From Adineta vaga (taxonomy: Eukaryota; Animalia; Rotifera): a DNA stretch of 64,000 bases. Each line of letters opens with the position of its first letter. The first letter of the stretch is position 1. The notes beneath the pieces are model-generated. The model ran no database searches. It worked only from the letters and a program-made list of their open reading frames with translations, and was not told where the DNA came from. Below, piece after piece: positions 22,326-37,637 of the stretch. Where the stretch lies: the NCBI GenBank assembly GCA_021613535.1, contig CP075495.1, forward strand, positions 10,850,001 through 10,914,000, read 5' to 3'. The translations under genes were made by a program, and so were the position numbers.

Positions 22326-25038
22326 TTAATTTACATCACCACTTAATGCAAGTACAAGAACAGTACGGCATGGTGTATAAATTTTAAATGAAAATGGTCT
22401 TTCATCCCATTTTTCATCTTCCGTTAAAAAGACTTGTTTATCACTGATTCGACCTAAACCATCAAATGATTTGGAATCTGAGTTGAGAACAACTTTATAT
22501 CTAAAGAGAAAAAAAATGGCACAAATCAGATGTGGTCAATTTGAAAGAAGGATAAGAAAAAACGTCGAACATACTTTCCACATCGATTACAACCAATACG
22601 ATAATCAGCAAAACTTTTGTTTGTATGAAAATTAAATATAAATAATAAACCTTGATTACCACGTTCAAATACTAAAACTTTATCACCTTCATGTCGTCGA
22701 CTAAGAAACTAAAAGTATCAAAAAATAGAATAAAATAATGCTCTTTTTCAATTCATAAGTTTATTCTTACAGTATTTGTCGCTGAAAGCCATTTATATTG
22801 TTCTTCACAAGCATTCATAGCTTGATCCCAAGCATTTAGATATTTATAACGTAATGTTTCATCATCACTTAAATAGAATAATCGACGAGCATAATGATAA
22901 CTATCATTATTTCCAGCTCGAGGAAAATCTAACCATTCAGGATGACCAAATTCATTACCTAAAATAACTAGATGGATTTCAATTGATAAAATTTCGAAAG
23001 CTTACCTTCAAAATTAAGCCAACCTTCTCCACCGAGAGCATAAGTCAATAAACGAATCATTTTATGTAATGCTAAACCACGTTCAATAGATGGTGTACGT
23101 TCAGAAAAGACCGACATATGTGAATAGATTTGAGTATCGAATAACCAATGTGCTATAGTTTTATCTCCGACAAGTGCTTGATCATGACTTTCAGCATAGG
23201 CAATATTTTTTTCTGACCATCGACGATTAATTAACGTCCACGAGATATCTCCAACTTGCCATTCTTCATCTTGTTTTTCTTTTAATAACTTGAAAGAAAA
23301 GACGATATTGATGCAATGTAATTGATTCAAAATGCTATACAAACTTTAATCCAAACATCAGGAATAGCCATTGCTAAACGATAATCAAATCCAGCTCCAC
23401 CTTCAGCAATTGGACGGCATAATGTTGGCATTCCCGATACTTCCTAAAAGAAAATTGATAATTATTAAGGAGAAAAATAAACTGAAAGAATTACTTCAGC
23501 AATTGTTATCGATTCAGGATATAATGTTTGTGAAACATAATTAGCTAATTGAAGGTAATTAAATGATTCAGTATCCGTAGCTAATCCGAAATACTCATTG
23601 TATGAAGAGAAGCTATGTCCTAAAGTAAAAGAAAAATGGATAGATCTATGAGTTGTTCATTGAAATCACTTTACCTATGCCATGTGAATGATAGAGCATT
23701 GATGAAACACCATCGAATCGAAAACCATCAAATTTAAATTCTTCTAACCAATATCGAATATTTGATAGAAGAAATCGCATGACTTCACGTCTAGATAGGA
23801 ACAGAAGAAAAGAAAATTTCGAAACCTTTCAATTCAAATCAATTTACTCCATATAATTAAAACATCGACTATCCCAAAGATCATGATAACCACGTGGACC
23901 ATCATGAAAGAAACAACCATTCGTTCCATCAAACATATTAATGCCATCATATGTATTTTTACATCCATGACTATGCACAAGATCTAATAGAACAGTTAAA
24001 CCGAGACTATGTGCTTCATCAATTAATGCTTTTAATTCTTCCGGTGTGCCAAATCGACTAGAAGAGAAAAAGTAAATAGATATGAATGAACTTCTTCTTC
24101 CCTCTAACAAACCTTGAAGCTGCAAAGAAACTTGTTACTTGATAACCAAAACTTGCATAATAAGCATGTTCCATAACAGCCATTAATTGAATAGTATTAT
24201 AACCTTGTCTAACAACTCGTGGAAGAACATTGACACGAAAGTTTTCATAAGTAGCAACTTCTCCTTTCCATGAACTGATTCCAACATGTGCTTCATAGAT
24301 TTTCAAACGTTCTTTCTTTTTTGGTTGTGGGTGTTTGAATTTATATATTTGATCTTCTGGTGGATTATAAAAGACACCATGATATGTATTCGCTTTTTCA
24401 CCTCGTTGAACATAACGTGACCATGGACAGAGACGATCTTCTAATTTACCATCGGGTGTTTCAATAAGTAACTAGAAGATGGAGATGAAAATACAATAAA
24501 TAGTTAATGAAAATGTTATATTTTACTTTAATGATTTGACCATGTTTAATTGCTGGTGTTCCATCTGATAATGGTGGAATTGTTAATTTCCATATGCCCC
24601 ATTGATCACGTGTAAATGGATATTGTCTTTCTTGCCAATTGTCTAGAGAAGGAAAATGAAAAGCGATTTGATTGAAGATATATTTCAGTTTTCAAATACA
24701 TACTGAAATCTCCTCGAATGTACATTGCACGCGCTCCGGGTGCCCATTCTTTGATTCTGATTTCATTTGTTCGACAATCAACATGAATACCATAATGTGT
24801 ATAAGCTGATGTAAATGTATTAATACCATTTTCTTCAGTTTCTAATTGCTTAAGAATGCTTTTGAATACATTATAACTAAGAGAAAAACAAGATAATTCA
24901 TATATATCTATATATTATTGATAAATTATCGTACCGGCGTTTGATTTCACCTTGAAATGGTTCAAGATAAGAATCAAGTTTAAGTAAATTATCTAGTTGA
25001 GGTGGTATAACTTCTTTTACACCGTTTGTTGTCGTCAT
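22326..25038 (-). CDS. GBE1: 1,4-alpha-glucan (glycogen) branching enzyme
   Basis: Multi-exon gene with [70 protein letters not shown] and [14 protein letters not shown]. Confidence 0.96.
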
Positions 25039-26273
25039 TATGTTATTCTAAAAAGTGAATTATAAATTTTAACAAAAAATTAGCTATCAATAAACTGAAT
25101 AACACCATCAAAAATTCAAAGTCTATGTCTATTCCAAGTTCGACTTTTTTATATTGCGTACTGGACCACCACGCATTCAGAGGCTGATGTTTTTCTATGT
25201 AAACACGTTTCAACCGCGTTGTTATTTCTCGTCGATTCTATCCTAAGAGCACGCAATGACTTATGGTTTTCGCGAGAGAGAGAGAGAAGAAGAACGGAAA
25301 AAAGATTTACTATAGTATAGATTGGTTATAAGTTTTCAAGGCAATACAGTAAAAAGACGAAAGAGGTCGGCTCCAGCTGATTTCACATGTTTTTTTTTTG
25401 AAGAAAAGAAATCGAATAAAAATATGGAAAATGTTTATAAAATGAACGACAAATTTAAAAAATTTATAGAATAAAAATTCTCATACAACATCTGTGATGA
25501 ATGTGTTCTTCAAATGTCATAAATGTTTATACTAATGTATATTGTTTATGGTGACAATCTATACGGTAAATTTCATTTTAATTATCTAAAAAAGAAATTT
25601 GTTCGATGAAGGAAAATCAGTTTCATACTTCGGTCTGAAGATGAATAGGCGGTAAATCAATACAGTCATAATACATGATAATTATATTTGAAGTTATAGT
25701 GAGGTATAATACATTTGTCAAGTACGTAGAACTTTGTTTTTTTCTATCAATTAGAAATCTATTTTTTAGTTTAAAAGAACATAATTAGATTTATTCTCTG
25801 TAAGAATAAATTTTGTCCCTCAAAACGTTACTATTAGTTTTTCAATATCTGTATTATATATTTAAGTTCTCTTGTTCTTGAATTGTTTTGACTTTTACAT
25901 ATCAATCATATGTAACGATATCATCAGGTCCTTTTCTTTTTTGTTGATCACGACAAACACTATAGCTACTAGCGTCGATGCATGACATGTTTTAAGCAAT
26001 GATAAATGTTTTAGAAATACGTTTGCTATTTAAAATCTAATGCTTATTCTACTGATGCAAACATTTTCAAGTTAATATATATTTTTCTTTCATTTAACAG
26101 ATGGTCTATATTGAAGTATTCATTGTAGCGAATATCTTTTCTTTCTTTTTTTCTTCTCTTATTACTATGCAAAAAATGATTAATTATTAAATGAATAACT
26201 TCAAGTTAGAAAGAAGTTAGTTTGTCATTTTTCAATTTCATCAGTAGTTGTTCAACGCTTTGAAATACAACAA

Positions 26274-28246
26274 ATGTGGAGATTTCTTGTGGAATTATTA
26301 TCCTATCTAAGTTTCATTATTATCGTTTGTCTTGTGAGTTTTCTAAACCGAAATTCCGAAGAATATCTTCAAACAAAACATTTACGTCATTTATTTTTAA
26401 ATCCAAATCGAATATCAAATAATTTTGCTGAAGTAAATATCTTAGCATTTAATTATATGTTTATTTGAATATTTGATTTTATTCAAAGATTTCGACAATA
26501 ACTCAATATTGGAAATGGTTACAAGAAAGTTTTATTGAAAATATTGCTGTCGAACAATGGTATAATGAAAAGCCAGATAATACATCCTACGGAACTCTTA
26601 AAGATCGAACAAACCATTTAATTGGATGGGCAACAATGAGACAATTACGAGTTAAATCAGGTAGAACTTTTCTAACTTTAGATATAGTTTTCTTTAAAAT
26701 GATTATTGATTTTTAGATACTTGTCGAATTAAAAGTTCAATACAAAATCTGATTTCTGAATGTCATGATGAGTATGGTTTATCTGTCGAAGAGAAACATT
26801 CATTTCAACCTGGTTGGAAAGTGAATGCAACAAAAAATTATAGTTCATCCGTCACTGCAGCATTTCAATATCAAACAAGTGATCAACTTGATACTTACAT
26901 ATATCTCGGTGAGCTTGCAACTTATAGTAGTGGTGGTTATGTATATGAATTTCGTGGTTCATTATCAAAACTTCGATATGATCTTGCTCAACTGCATCAA
27001 TTACAATGGATTGATGCTCAAACACGAGCTGTTCTTATTCAAATGAATTTATATAATCCAAATATACCAATCTTTACATCGGTAGTTATCATAATTGAAA
27101 TTTTACCAAGTAGTGGTGTTTTTCCCAGTGCTCGATTTGAACCATTAGATTTATATGGTAATCATTTTCTCTTTATTTTTGTCTTGAATAATTCTGTTTT
27201 TGTTTTTTTTAGTTTTTGATACTGTGGCACAGATTATATGTGTTGTTATTTATTTTCTTTTTATTATTTATTTTATGATTATGGAAATTCGTTCATTTCT
27301 TCGTTTAAAGAAACGATATTTTCGTCAAATATGGTCTTATATGGAATTGGGAATAATTATTTGTTCATGGACTGGTGTTGGTATACATATATGGCGTACA
27401 AGAGAGTCATCACGTATTTCACGTATATTTCGTGAAACAAATGGTGATACTTATTTAAATTTTCAATTTCTAGCTTATATTAATGATACATTTTCATTTC
27501 TACTTGCATTTTGTTGTTTTTTCGGTACATTAAGACTTCTACGTTTATGTCGTTATAATGAACGTTTAAATCTTCTATCGAATACATTAAAACGTGCAGC
27601 TCGAGAATTAATGTCATTTTCCATGATGTTTTCCGTTATATTTATGGCATTTTTAACTTTATTTTATTTACAATTTGTTCCATATATTTGGGAATGTTCA
27701 AGTTTATTACATACAGCACAAATGTTATTTGAAATGCTTTTATTAAAATTTGATGCAACAGAAATAAAAAATGCAGCACCCTTTTTGGGCCCATTATATT
27801 TTACATTATTTATTTTATTCGTCGTTTTTGTTTGTATTAATATGTTTGTATCGATTATTAATGATAATTTTCGACGCGTTCGAGCTGATGTATATAAAGT
27901 TCATTCGGATTATCAAGGCGTTCTGATCAATTTAACCAAAAAATTTCGACGTTGGTTTGGTAAAGAACTTGTTTCTTTTTTGCTCTTATTTTTGTTTGAA
28001 TATGTATCATTTCATTCCAGGACTTCCGGCAACAAACGTAGTTTCAATCAATGAAAAGGCAACTGTTATTAATGTGACTGAATTCAGTGATCCATTGAAA
28101 CGTTTATCAAGTCGACTTGATCGTCTTTCCGTTCTTGTAAATAAGGTAAGTTATTAATCATATTTTGTATATTTATGTGGTTTATTCAGCGTTATGGAAT
28201 TTCACAAGTTCAACCAAAATGGAAACGAACGATCTACATCAATTGA
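26274..28246 (+). CDS. Polycystin (PKD1-like/PKD2 TOP + 6TM channel module) protein
   Basis: Spliced product contains LIGWATMRQLRVK, YSSGGY, LHQLQWIDAQTRAVLIQMNLYNPN and LGPLYFTLFILFVVFVCINMFVSIINDNF. The start codon is uncertain. Confidence 0.85.
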
Positions 28247-28679
28247 ATGATCGAAACATTACACTCTTAAAACAAATTTTTCCTTTTGCTTTTTATTTAA
28301 ATTTTCTTATACGATTTCCAAAATAAACTAACAATCAACTAACTTATCCAATTATGTTTATGAGTAAATCAACGATTCTGTTTTACAATAATTTTCAGGT
28401 CAGTTTGACGTCAGAAAAAAAAAGAAATTTTTCTCTTTTGATTATAAGTACAAAGAAACACAAGAGAACTCAATTTGTAAGAAAGCATCTAGCAATGAAC
28501 GACAAGTTTATTTGAGTACCATTACTGGTTATTAACATGAAATTTATGCACCTGGAGAGAAGAGAAATGTTCACAAACATTAGAAGAAAGAAAAGATGAC
28601 ATAGAAAAAGAATGGTAGAGATTCATAAAATGTGAATAATTTCATTTTTCTTTCAACAATTCATTAGTTATTATATGTC

Positions 28680-31485
28680 TTAAAGTACGACAAAAATGCG
28701 TTTTTTGTAGAAAATATACGCAATAATGATCCAAAATACACAACCCCATAAAGCCATAGCAAGATGTGCTGCATGTGTATTAACCACAGTCCATTGTACA
28801 GGAAAATATGTTGCAAAAATCAAATGTGTGATATAGATAAGTATAGAATTTGCTCCCGGATATTGAAATGGTGTTGCATTCCACCATTTAAGCATATCAA
28901 TAAGAATATACATGATAGAAAAACCAGCAAATGCTAAACCAGCTGAATAATAATAAAAAATTTAAATCAAATCTTTCGAAAACAAAAACTGTTCTTACCA
29001 GTAAAGAATGAAAAAGATAGTGTCCAAAGATTTTTATTTAATGGCATCGGTCCACCAGTTAATGTTCCAGCAGTTAAACCAACACCGATAGCTGTTGTTA
29101 AAATACTCCAAGAAAAAAGACGAATAAGACGTTCGGCATCTGTTTGATAGATAACTAAAATGAATAAAATTTCAATAAATAAAAATATTCAAAAGAAATC
29201 TTTCAACTAACTGAGAATTCGGCCAGCTTGAACACCTAAAAAGGCTAGAAATATCGTCGGAAGAGCACCAAATAAATTTTCTGGATCAAACGGTGGTTTA
29301 CAACCTAAATATCAAATGTTTCGAACGAATGCTACATAACAATTCAATTCTTACCATAAACAACTTGACATGTTGGATGTTGATAAAGATGTTTGTCAGT
29401 AAAAATCATTCGATCTATATAACCTGTTATACCACCAGTACAATTTTCATATTTACCATTTTCATGTAATCCACCTAAAAGATACTTTCATATAGATATA
29501 TTTCATTCGATAATCGAAATTCGAACTAACCAGGTCCTAAATAGCCCGCTGGACAATTTTCAAAGGGTATCAAATACACAACTAATAACCAAATCGTCAC
29601 TAAACTAATATTAATCAACCATTGAAATGGAAAATGAAGTATGTCACGAAATAATAGAATGAATCTTTTTGTTTTAATTGTTGCTGTTGATGATGATGGT
29701 ATATCAGATGAACATAGATATTGTTCTGGTTGTGTACAAAGGACTTCAATGCTTGCAATGATTCCATAAACAATACCAAATCGTTGTAAAACACCAAGAA
29801 ATCGTACGACTGCAAAGTCAACTTTAAAACGTGTATTAAGAATGAAACCAATTAACTAAATATACAAGATCATTATTTTTCTCAATTGATTTATTCAACG
29901 ATTCAACTTACTAATAATTTCAATGTACGTATAACAATTTTTTTGAATAAAATCTTTTTCGACACATTTTTATCAATAGCATTTTTCAATGAAAATACTA
30001 ATGATGTTCCTAACATCCAAACAAAAAATGGAAAGACAATATCCGCAATAGTAATACCATGCCATGGCGCATGTTCGAATTGAGCATAACCACCACCACC
30101 ATAATTGACAAAAATCATTGCTATTAAAGCTAAAACAATAAAGAACATTTATATCTCAATGATCAATCGCTTCTGTTTTTATCTTACTAAAACCACGGAA
30201 TGCATCTAAACTTAATAAACGTTTAGATCGAGGAACAAGAACATTCGAAACCTTATGTATCGGTGGTAATTTAGTTGTTGATGCATTTGTATTTATTTCA
30301 TCATTTGTTACAACGGGTGTTCGTGTTTGTAAATCATATGAATGTGTTGATTCTTGTGATGGCACATGTTTTGACAAACGGTTTTTAAGATTTAATAAAT
30401 ATTCACGAAGTTTATATCGTTGTGCAATGATACAAACGAGAAATAATACTAATAATATAATACCACCAATAATTAATGGGATATAAATATTATTAGGTGA
30501 ACGTTGTGTTGTTAACGTACATTGTAGAGAAGAATTTGTTGTTGATGAGGAAGATAGTTTAACATTGAAAATATAATAACCATGTTCGTAAAGAATTAAT
30601 GTTTCTTGACACGATAATATTTCATTTAATTCAATACGAATACGATAATTAAATTGTGTATTTAATGTTATATCAACTGCTTTGGTTGATGATAAATTTC
30701 CTGTGATGACTTCATAAGGACAATCAATGCATTCAATAACTTGTACATAGATTGTTAAATTATCCGTAATCTAAATGAATAAAATCATAGTTGTCAATAG
30801 AACTATTAATTAATTGATTGATTGATGATGACTATCGAGTTCTTGAACCTTTAGTTTTCACTTGATCACATACATCTGACAAGAAAATACTAAAGGTTCT
30901 AATCTTTTGGTTTAGATAGATTAATCCAATGGATTTACTTCATGTAGGAAAGGTTGAAATGAAAACGTCCCCCTCCCCTCCCCCTACATCTGGCTATATC
31001 TAACAGTCAAAATGTCAATTCAAATCAGGACAAATCTAATTTATAGTAACTATACTTGGAATAAACTATCCTGTCGTTCTATTTTAATGATTAATAATCA
31101 TCATTCTTACTTGTTGATCAACAGTTATATTAATAGAAGCTTGATCAATACCCAATGGTCGTTCATTATTAAGATCAATCGCTCCCGAAGAAACCCTTGT
31201 CACCAATCGATCATATTCATTATTAAAAATCAATTGTCTTCGAAATCCTATAGAATTATTTGTTATATCATTACTACTATTATTATTCATAGACAATGCT
31301 GGTAATGATCTAACAGTAATCCAATAATTTGATTGATATGGTTCGTTTACTTGATTATGTTTCAAACAATGTTGTTGTAACAATCGTCGATCATAATGTG
31401 TTGAATCCATCGATGTGCCACCGATTTCATAATCAGCATAAATTGATACTGATAATTGAAGTAGATAAAAGAACAAGAGTTTCAT
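28680..31485 (-). CDS. HGSNAT: Heparan-alpha-glucosaminide N-acetyltransferase
   Basis: Signal peptide, lumenal ECIDCPY, then [64 protein letters not shown] and KNLWTLSF. Confidence 0.93.
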
Positions 31486-32542
31486 TGAAATTGATATCGA
31501 ATTTGCAAAAGAAAAAAGAAGATGGTTTATTCGAAACTTTTTCTTCTTGCCAAAGATTTAATCTGCTATCTTCATTGTCGTTAGAAGTATGTATAAATGT
31601 ATGTGTATGTTTGTCATCGTTGTTTTTTTCTGTTGTTCTCATTAGATAACGAAAAGTTCGTTCGCATAAGGCGAACAGAACAAAGCTTTAAATAAATATC
31701 TTACTCGACTATCGTTTGATAGATACTAGTGAACAATGAAAAATTGAAGATGAAAGTAAAATGATATATTCGAAATTGTTCTTTGGTAGGAAAAGGTTTT
31801 TTCTTTTTTTTTCAATTGAAAAACAAAGTCTTTGTATTTTTTTTTGGAGAAAAAAACTCCTTTGAGTTATTCATTGATCAAAAGATATGATCTCTGCTGT
31901 TTTACAACCAAACATAGACTTATGTTGACAAGTGATTTGATCGTTTGTAATTGGGAGAGATGATGCATTAACAAAATGTCTATGTCAAGCTAGATAAATA
32001 TTCGTATTTGTCTAATCATACCATTTTTCAAGTCTGATTTTTATCATTAAGATCATGATTGATAAGAAAACATATATAATTTCTTTCTTTCATTTAGCAT
32101 AGTATAAATTTCATTAAATCCACAATGCGAACATCACACTTCTTTTACATATATGTACAGACTATAAAACTACTTCAGTAAATCAATAAATATTGTATGT
32201 AAGAGACTCTTAATTCTTCTTTTCTTCAAGGTATTTTGTCAACGAAATAAAAGATATAAACGTGTCCTTGATTGACAATAAAACTTTCGTTTTCATTTTC
32301 ATGATTTCTTCAATTGTTACAATCGACATTTGAATATAATCTTTTTAACAAGAATGAACACACGCATTTGTTGCTAACAATAAAACAAAAGCAAACATTC
32401 ATCTCTGAACATAGTTTTTTTTTGTCATCTGAGATGTTTCTTTATCAAATCGAATTTCATTGTTAATGTATCATTAATTATATTCTTAAAAATTTAAACA
32501 AAAATACTTTGTAGAAAAAAAGAACTGAAAAAAATTCGATGT

Positions 32543-33378
32543 TTAATATAAAATAGCAGTATCATCTCTTAATTGACCTAAACGAGCTTTTCGTGCTAAT
32601 GTTGTATTCGGATAGTTTTTTGTACAGTTATATATTGGTTCAAGAGAATTATTATAACTTGAATTTGTTCCTGTTATTGTCGATGGTGAAGTATTTGAAC
32701 GATAATAATCAAATGGTAAGAAATCAGTTGTTTGCCGGCAACTTTGAGAATATTTTAATGAATGTTTGGGACGTTCATCTTGCTTTAATCGTAAAACATG
32801 ATCAAGTTCACTTAAGAAATGTATATTAAGATTCGATGGTTGCATAGGAGTATTTGCAAGATTAGATACTGATGTTAAGACAGTGGAAGATGAAGCATAA
32901 ACAGGTTCATTGGAAGCATTTTTATGAAAACTAAAAAAGAAAATTTGATTATTAAAAAAAAACTTTCATTTTCTTACCAATTTCTCGTTGGAAATGTTTC
33001 TTCATAATGCCATGAATTTGCTGTTAATGTTGATTCATTATTAAGTAATTTTTCTAAATTTCTAACATTTTGATTGATTAAATGCGGCGGATCGAACGAT
33101 AATGTTATTGTTGATTCATTTGTATTAAATCTTCGTTTCTTCTTAGATCTTATATTAATATTATTGATATTATTTGTTCGAGGAATTTTTTGTGTTCGAT
33201 GATAGGTTGGTATTGGCGATGAAGGTTGAATATCGATTGAATTCTTATCTTTTGTTTTCGAACGATATTGACGAATAATCAACCAAATAATAAAACAAAT
33301 AATAATTATAATAAATATAAAACTAATAATACTACATATTATTGTGATGATTATTTTATCTCGTTCATCAAAAGACAT
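32543..33378 (-). CDS. Uncharacterised single-pass membrane protein with Tyr motifs in the tail (~262 aa)
   Basis: Exons 33378-32978 and 32930-32543. An 8-aa N-terminus, an Ile-rich TM segment, a basic juxtamembrane stretch, and a tail with YEET, EPVYA and EPIYN. Confidence 0.7.
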
Positions 33379-34615
33379 TGTCTAGAAAGGTAAAGAAAAA
33401 GGATAATGAGCACTTCTCTTTCAAGAGTTACATCTTAATGCTCAATGCACTTTCTTTCCTACTGTGAACACTTTTACTAAAGTTAATCGACAATAAGTTG
33501 CTCATACATATGCTGGCATCTTATCACCTCATGCGGACAATCTCGTTTTTTTCCTGAACTATCGTACACGTATATAAAATCTCTTTTTTTTTTCTTTCTT
33601 TCTTTCGTTCTTTATTCTCGCTGAACAACAGTACAACACATTAGAGAGAAAAAGAAAAAGAGAAGAACAAACGAGAAAATGATTTGAACTCAACTTGTGC
33701 GACAGCATTTCGACGCGACAATTTCTCTCTCTCTCTCTCTGTCTCGCTTTAGGTTTGCAATTGCAGACACACTCCAATGTATGCACGTATGTTGTTTGTT
33801 GAATCAACCTGTACAATGTGAGTGATAATCTGTTCATGTACAAAGAAGAGAGAAAAGAAAATAGCGAACACATTAATAATGCAATGAATGAAAATGACTT
33901 TTTATGAATGTATTCGATTGAACGAGACGTATATTTTTATTAAAATAATCTTGAAATAAATTTGTCACCTTCAGTTTTATCCTTTCGATCGAATGCAAAT
34001 AATCGAAAAAGAAAATTACTACTATAACGTCATGACCAACGAATTTTTGTCAAGGTTGATTATTTTGAACGATGCAAGGATAAATAAAATTTTTTATTCA
34101 ATTCGATTTCATGAATACAAAAAATGTGTTATGATTATTTCGATTGACGGGAAAATGTCAACAAAAATGATTCTAATGCAATTAGCTTTTACATATATTA
34201 AAATGTCTAATAGTGAACGAAATTTTATTAATTTTTTCTTTTCTATTATTTCGTGATATAAGTACATCCATGAATTGATTCAATCTATAGGAATATCCTT
34301 GATTATAATAGTAATAGTCATATTACCATATATGATTACGTATAAATCGTACTTTCATAGTTAGAATTTATTCGGATTATAATGATCAATATCTTGTCAA
34401 TAGTGTCTGATTTTGAAGGATCTTTTCGACTATGAAATTGCTTAAATTTTTTTTTCAATAAAACTAGTCGTATCCGTATAACTTCAATATTTTCAAGTAG
34501 TCTAATCAGTTCAATGAATCGATCATATCAATACTTCATACATATATATATCCTCGTGAATAAATATGAATCGTATTCTTTTTTTTTATTAGACGATTAA
34601 TAGAAATACATATAT

Positions 34616-35123
34616 TCATTTCTTATCATTATCACACATTTTCTTTACACCTTTAGCCAATAATAAACCACCAAGTATTCCAAGTAATGCAGCTGCAGCT
34701 GGTTTAACATATTTTTCGAGATCAAATCCATTATCTTCTTCTTTCTTCATCTTTTGTAAACGATCTTGAATTTGTTGTGCATAACCTGGTGGTCGATCTG
34801 GTGTTGTTCTACCATATTGTCGTTCGATTATATCGCGTACAATATAATTTCCCGGAAGACTATCAATTGAATTATTTATAAGATTCGATCGTGAACGACA
34901 TGTTGGACCTAATTCAAAATTAAATGAATTATGAAAAATAAAAGAATGAAGTCTTACAATCAAGAACATTTGATGGTCCATTTTGACGCGAAATCGCTGC
35001 TAAATGTACTTTTAAACATTGAGCACAAAATGTATGTTGACAATCAAGAACTTTAGGATCTTGTAAAACATCCAAACAAATAGGACATTGTAAAAGATCA
35101 TCAATATTTGATGCTGTGGCCAT
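34616..35123 (-). CDS. Small C3HC4 RING protein with C-terminal TM anchor (152 aa)
   Basis: CPICLD..KVLDCQHTFCAQC../CPTCR across the 34957-34909 intron; LPGNYIV; C-terminal PAAAALLGILGGLLLAKG followed by basic residues. Confidence 0.85.
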
Positions 35124-35589
35124 AGATAAAAAGGAAAAACCACGAATTAATCCTATAAAAGAAAAAAAAATTGATTTTCCTTTCAAGTGTTTATTTTCTT
35201 TTTCTTGTTTAAAATCATCAATTGATACTTAAATCAACAATTAACAAATGACTAACGTGAAGATTTCTGTTCAAAATCTCGTCTCAAGTATCAATAAAAA
35301 TCAACGAAAAAAACGTTTGAGAATACTTGAATCTTTATTTTTCTTCTTCTGAAATTAGTAATCAAATATTCTCTAGTTGAAGTTTTTATCAAAAATTTTG
35401 TTCGATTATAAAAACTTTCTTAACCTTCTTTCAAAGGTAAATCAGCATAGTTCAACAAAAAAGAAAAATGTATTTACTTATCAAAATGTTTGAGTTAATG
35501 AAAATGATGATTATCTAAAATAAAAATACAGTGACGATTATTTAGATTTAATCTGACATTGAAAATTTAAAACAACACCAAAAAAAGGA

Positions 35590-36493
35590 TTATTCTTCAT
35601 GAGATGTCGGTGATTTTTGATTATTACTACCAAGAAATCCTTCATTTATTTTTCGTAATTCATCACGAGCATTTTTGAATAAGGTCGTTAATTCTTGTCC
35701 ACCTGATGATGATTTATCATAAACAAATCGTCGTACAGCATCGAATGAACTGGGTGATTGATCCGCAGCTGGTTGACTTATTTGTGCTAAACTATAAGTT
35801 TCACGAAGAGATGGTGACAATTGCGAACAATCGATTGTTTTCGATTTCACAAGTTGTGAATTACCCATAGATTTCTAAAATATTAAATGAATTTTATTTT
35901 AGCAAAGTATTTCATATCTAAGTGAGTACCATTGGTGGAACAAAATCATCTTCTTCATCATCAGGTGAATCCTGTTGATTGTGCATTTCAACAACTGAAA
36001 ATACAAAGGAATTTTCATTTCGAAAGAAAAACAAAACGTAGAGATTCTATTACCAGATGCATAAGCTTCCGGATACTTTTTGTTCAGTCGGGTTTTAAGT
36101 ACTCTAAAATAGATTCATATTTTTGTAGAAAATGTATGATTGGATATTACTTAATTCGTTTAAAAATCGAATCTAAATCTGATTTCATTGATAATAATAG
36201 TTGTGTGTGATTCGAGTATTCTTTTGTAGCATCTATATAACGTTTGGCTGAGATTCTGTTAATTCCGTCTAAGATTTCATTGGATTTATCCAATTGTTCC
36301 AGTCTAATGAAGAGAGAAAAAACATGACTAGAAGGTTAACAATAATCATTTGAATAATATACAAGGAATTTTGAACATGCAGTAATCCATTGACATCTTG
36401 TTTATTAACTTCATTGCGAAATAAATTTACAATTGATGATGCAGTTGTTTCAATTGAAGGAGAAGAAGGTGAAGAATCAGAATTGTTTTCCAT
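35590..36493 (-). CDS. KXD1: KxDL motif-containing protein 1 (BORC subunit) with C-terminal extension
   Basis: Spliced product LEQLDKSNEIL..HTQLLLSMKSDLDSIFKRIK/VLKTRLNKKYPEAY matches the KxDL family pattern. Confidence 0.85.
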
Positions 36494-37637
36494 TAATCAT
36501 CAATGAAAAAAGAATCTAAAAAAAATGCAATGGCGTAGAAAACAACATATGTGACAATAATTTGCGTTATTGACGTTTTTTTTGTTTTCATGATAACTTT
36601 GACCAATGATGAATGAGATGTAAAAATAACTCATATAGAATTTGATGCACAAAAGAAAGAGAATTGTAAATCTCTTCTATTGATCAATTTGAGGACTCAC
36701 TCGGTTTTTTCCCTATTTGACAGCTTATCGAAAGATGTATGACTACTTATATTAGCTTATTGATAAATATCATTGAAAAATTATTTCGATCAGAAGAAAA
36801 ATAGATGAAACAATTCTTCATATACGGTTGAGCTGTTGTTCATAAAAGTTTGAAAGAAAATGTTTACATCAGAAAAAAACATCAGCTGATTTAGTGAAGT
36901 AATCTGTATACTAATGACATCTGTTGATGCTTTTAGAAATCTATTCAATAACGTTCACTATTTGTTTGTTTTTTACGTTTTGCAAAAGTGTGTTTCGATG
37001 ACTATCAACGTGTTCCATCAATAAAGTAAAAGAAAAACGTAATAAGTATATTCTCTACTCATTTTTTACAACTATTTTGAGGTGTTTATGAAATTTAGTT
37101 CACTGATCAAAACAACGATGCTTCTTACATTTTTAACATGAGAAAATGTTGTCTTTTTATTTGAAAGTGTCTCGTGAAGTGAATACTAACTGAATCTTAC
37201 TTTATATTTGATAGATATGCTTTCATTACATTACAAACTAATTCTTCTGAGTTTACCTACATACATGAATAAAACATTTCCTTTGTCATTAAAACAATAA
37301 ATAATACATATCCGTCATAGATGAATAACAAATATTGATAAAAATTACTTTTTTGTCAATGAAATCCAATAATTTCTTACTAATTTAAACTATCTGTTAA
37401 TTGGCTCCATCTACTAAATATCTCTTTTTAGTTGCTCTCCTACCATGGATTAATCAGATTGGTTAATAGTTTCCAGCTGTACAAAAAAACATATTCATCA
37501 TCTCATCTCATCTTCATCTTCATTTAAAGATCATAAAATTATGCCGAATACATTTCTCTCATTGATTTTACTCTATCTTTAGATGCTTTTGTCAATGATT
37601 CATTGCTAAGGTCTCTGGTGTTTTCTACTTCTATTCA

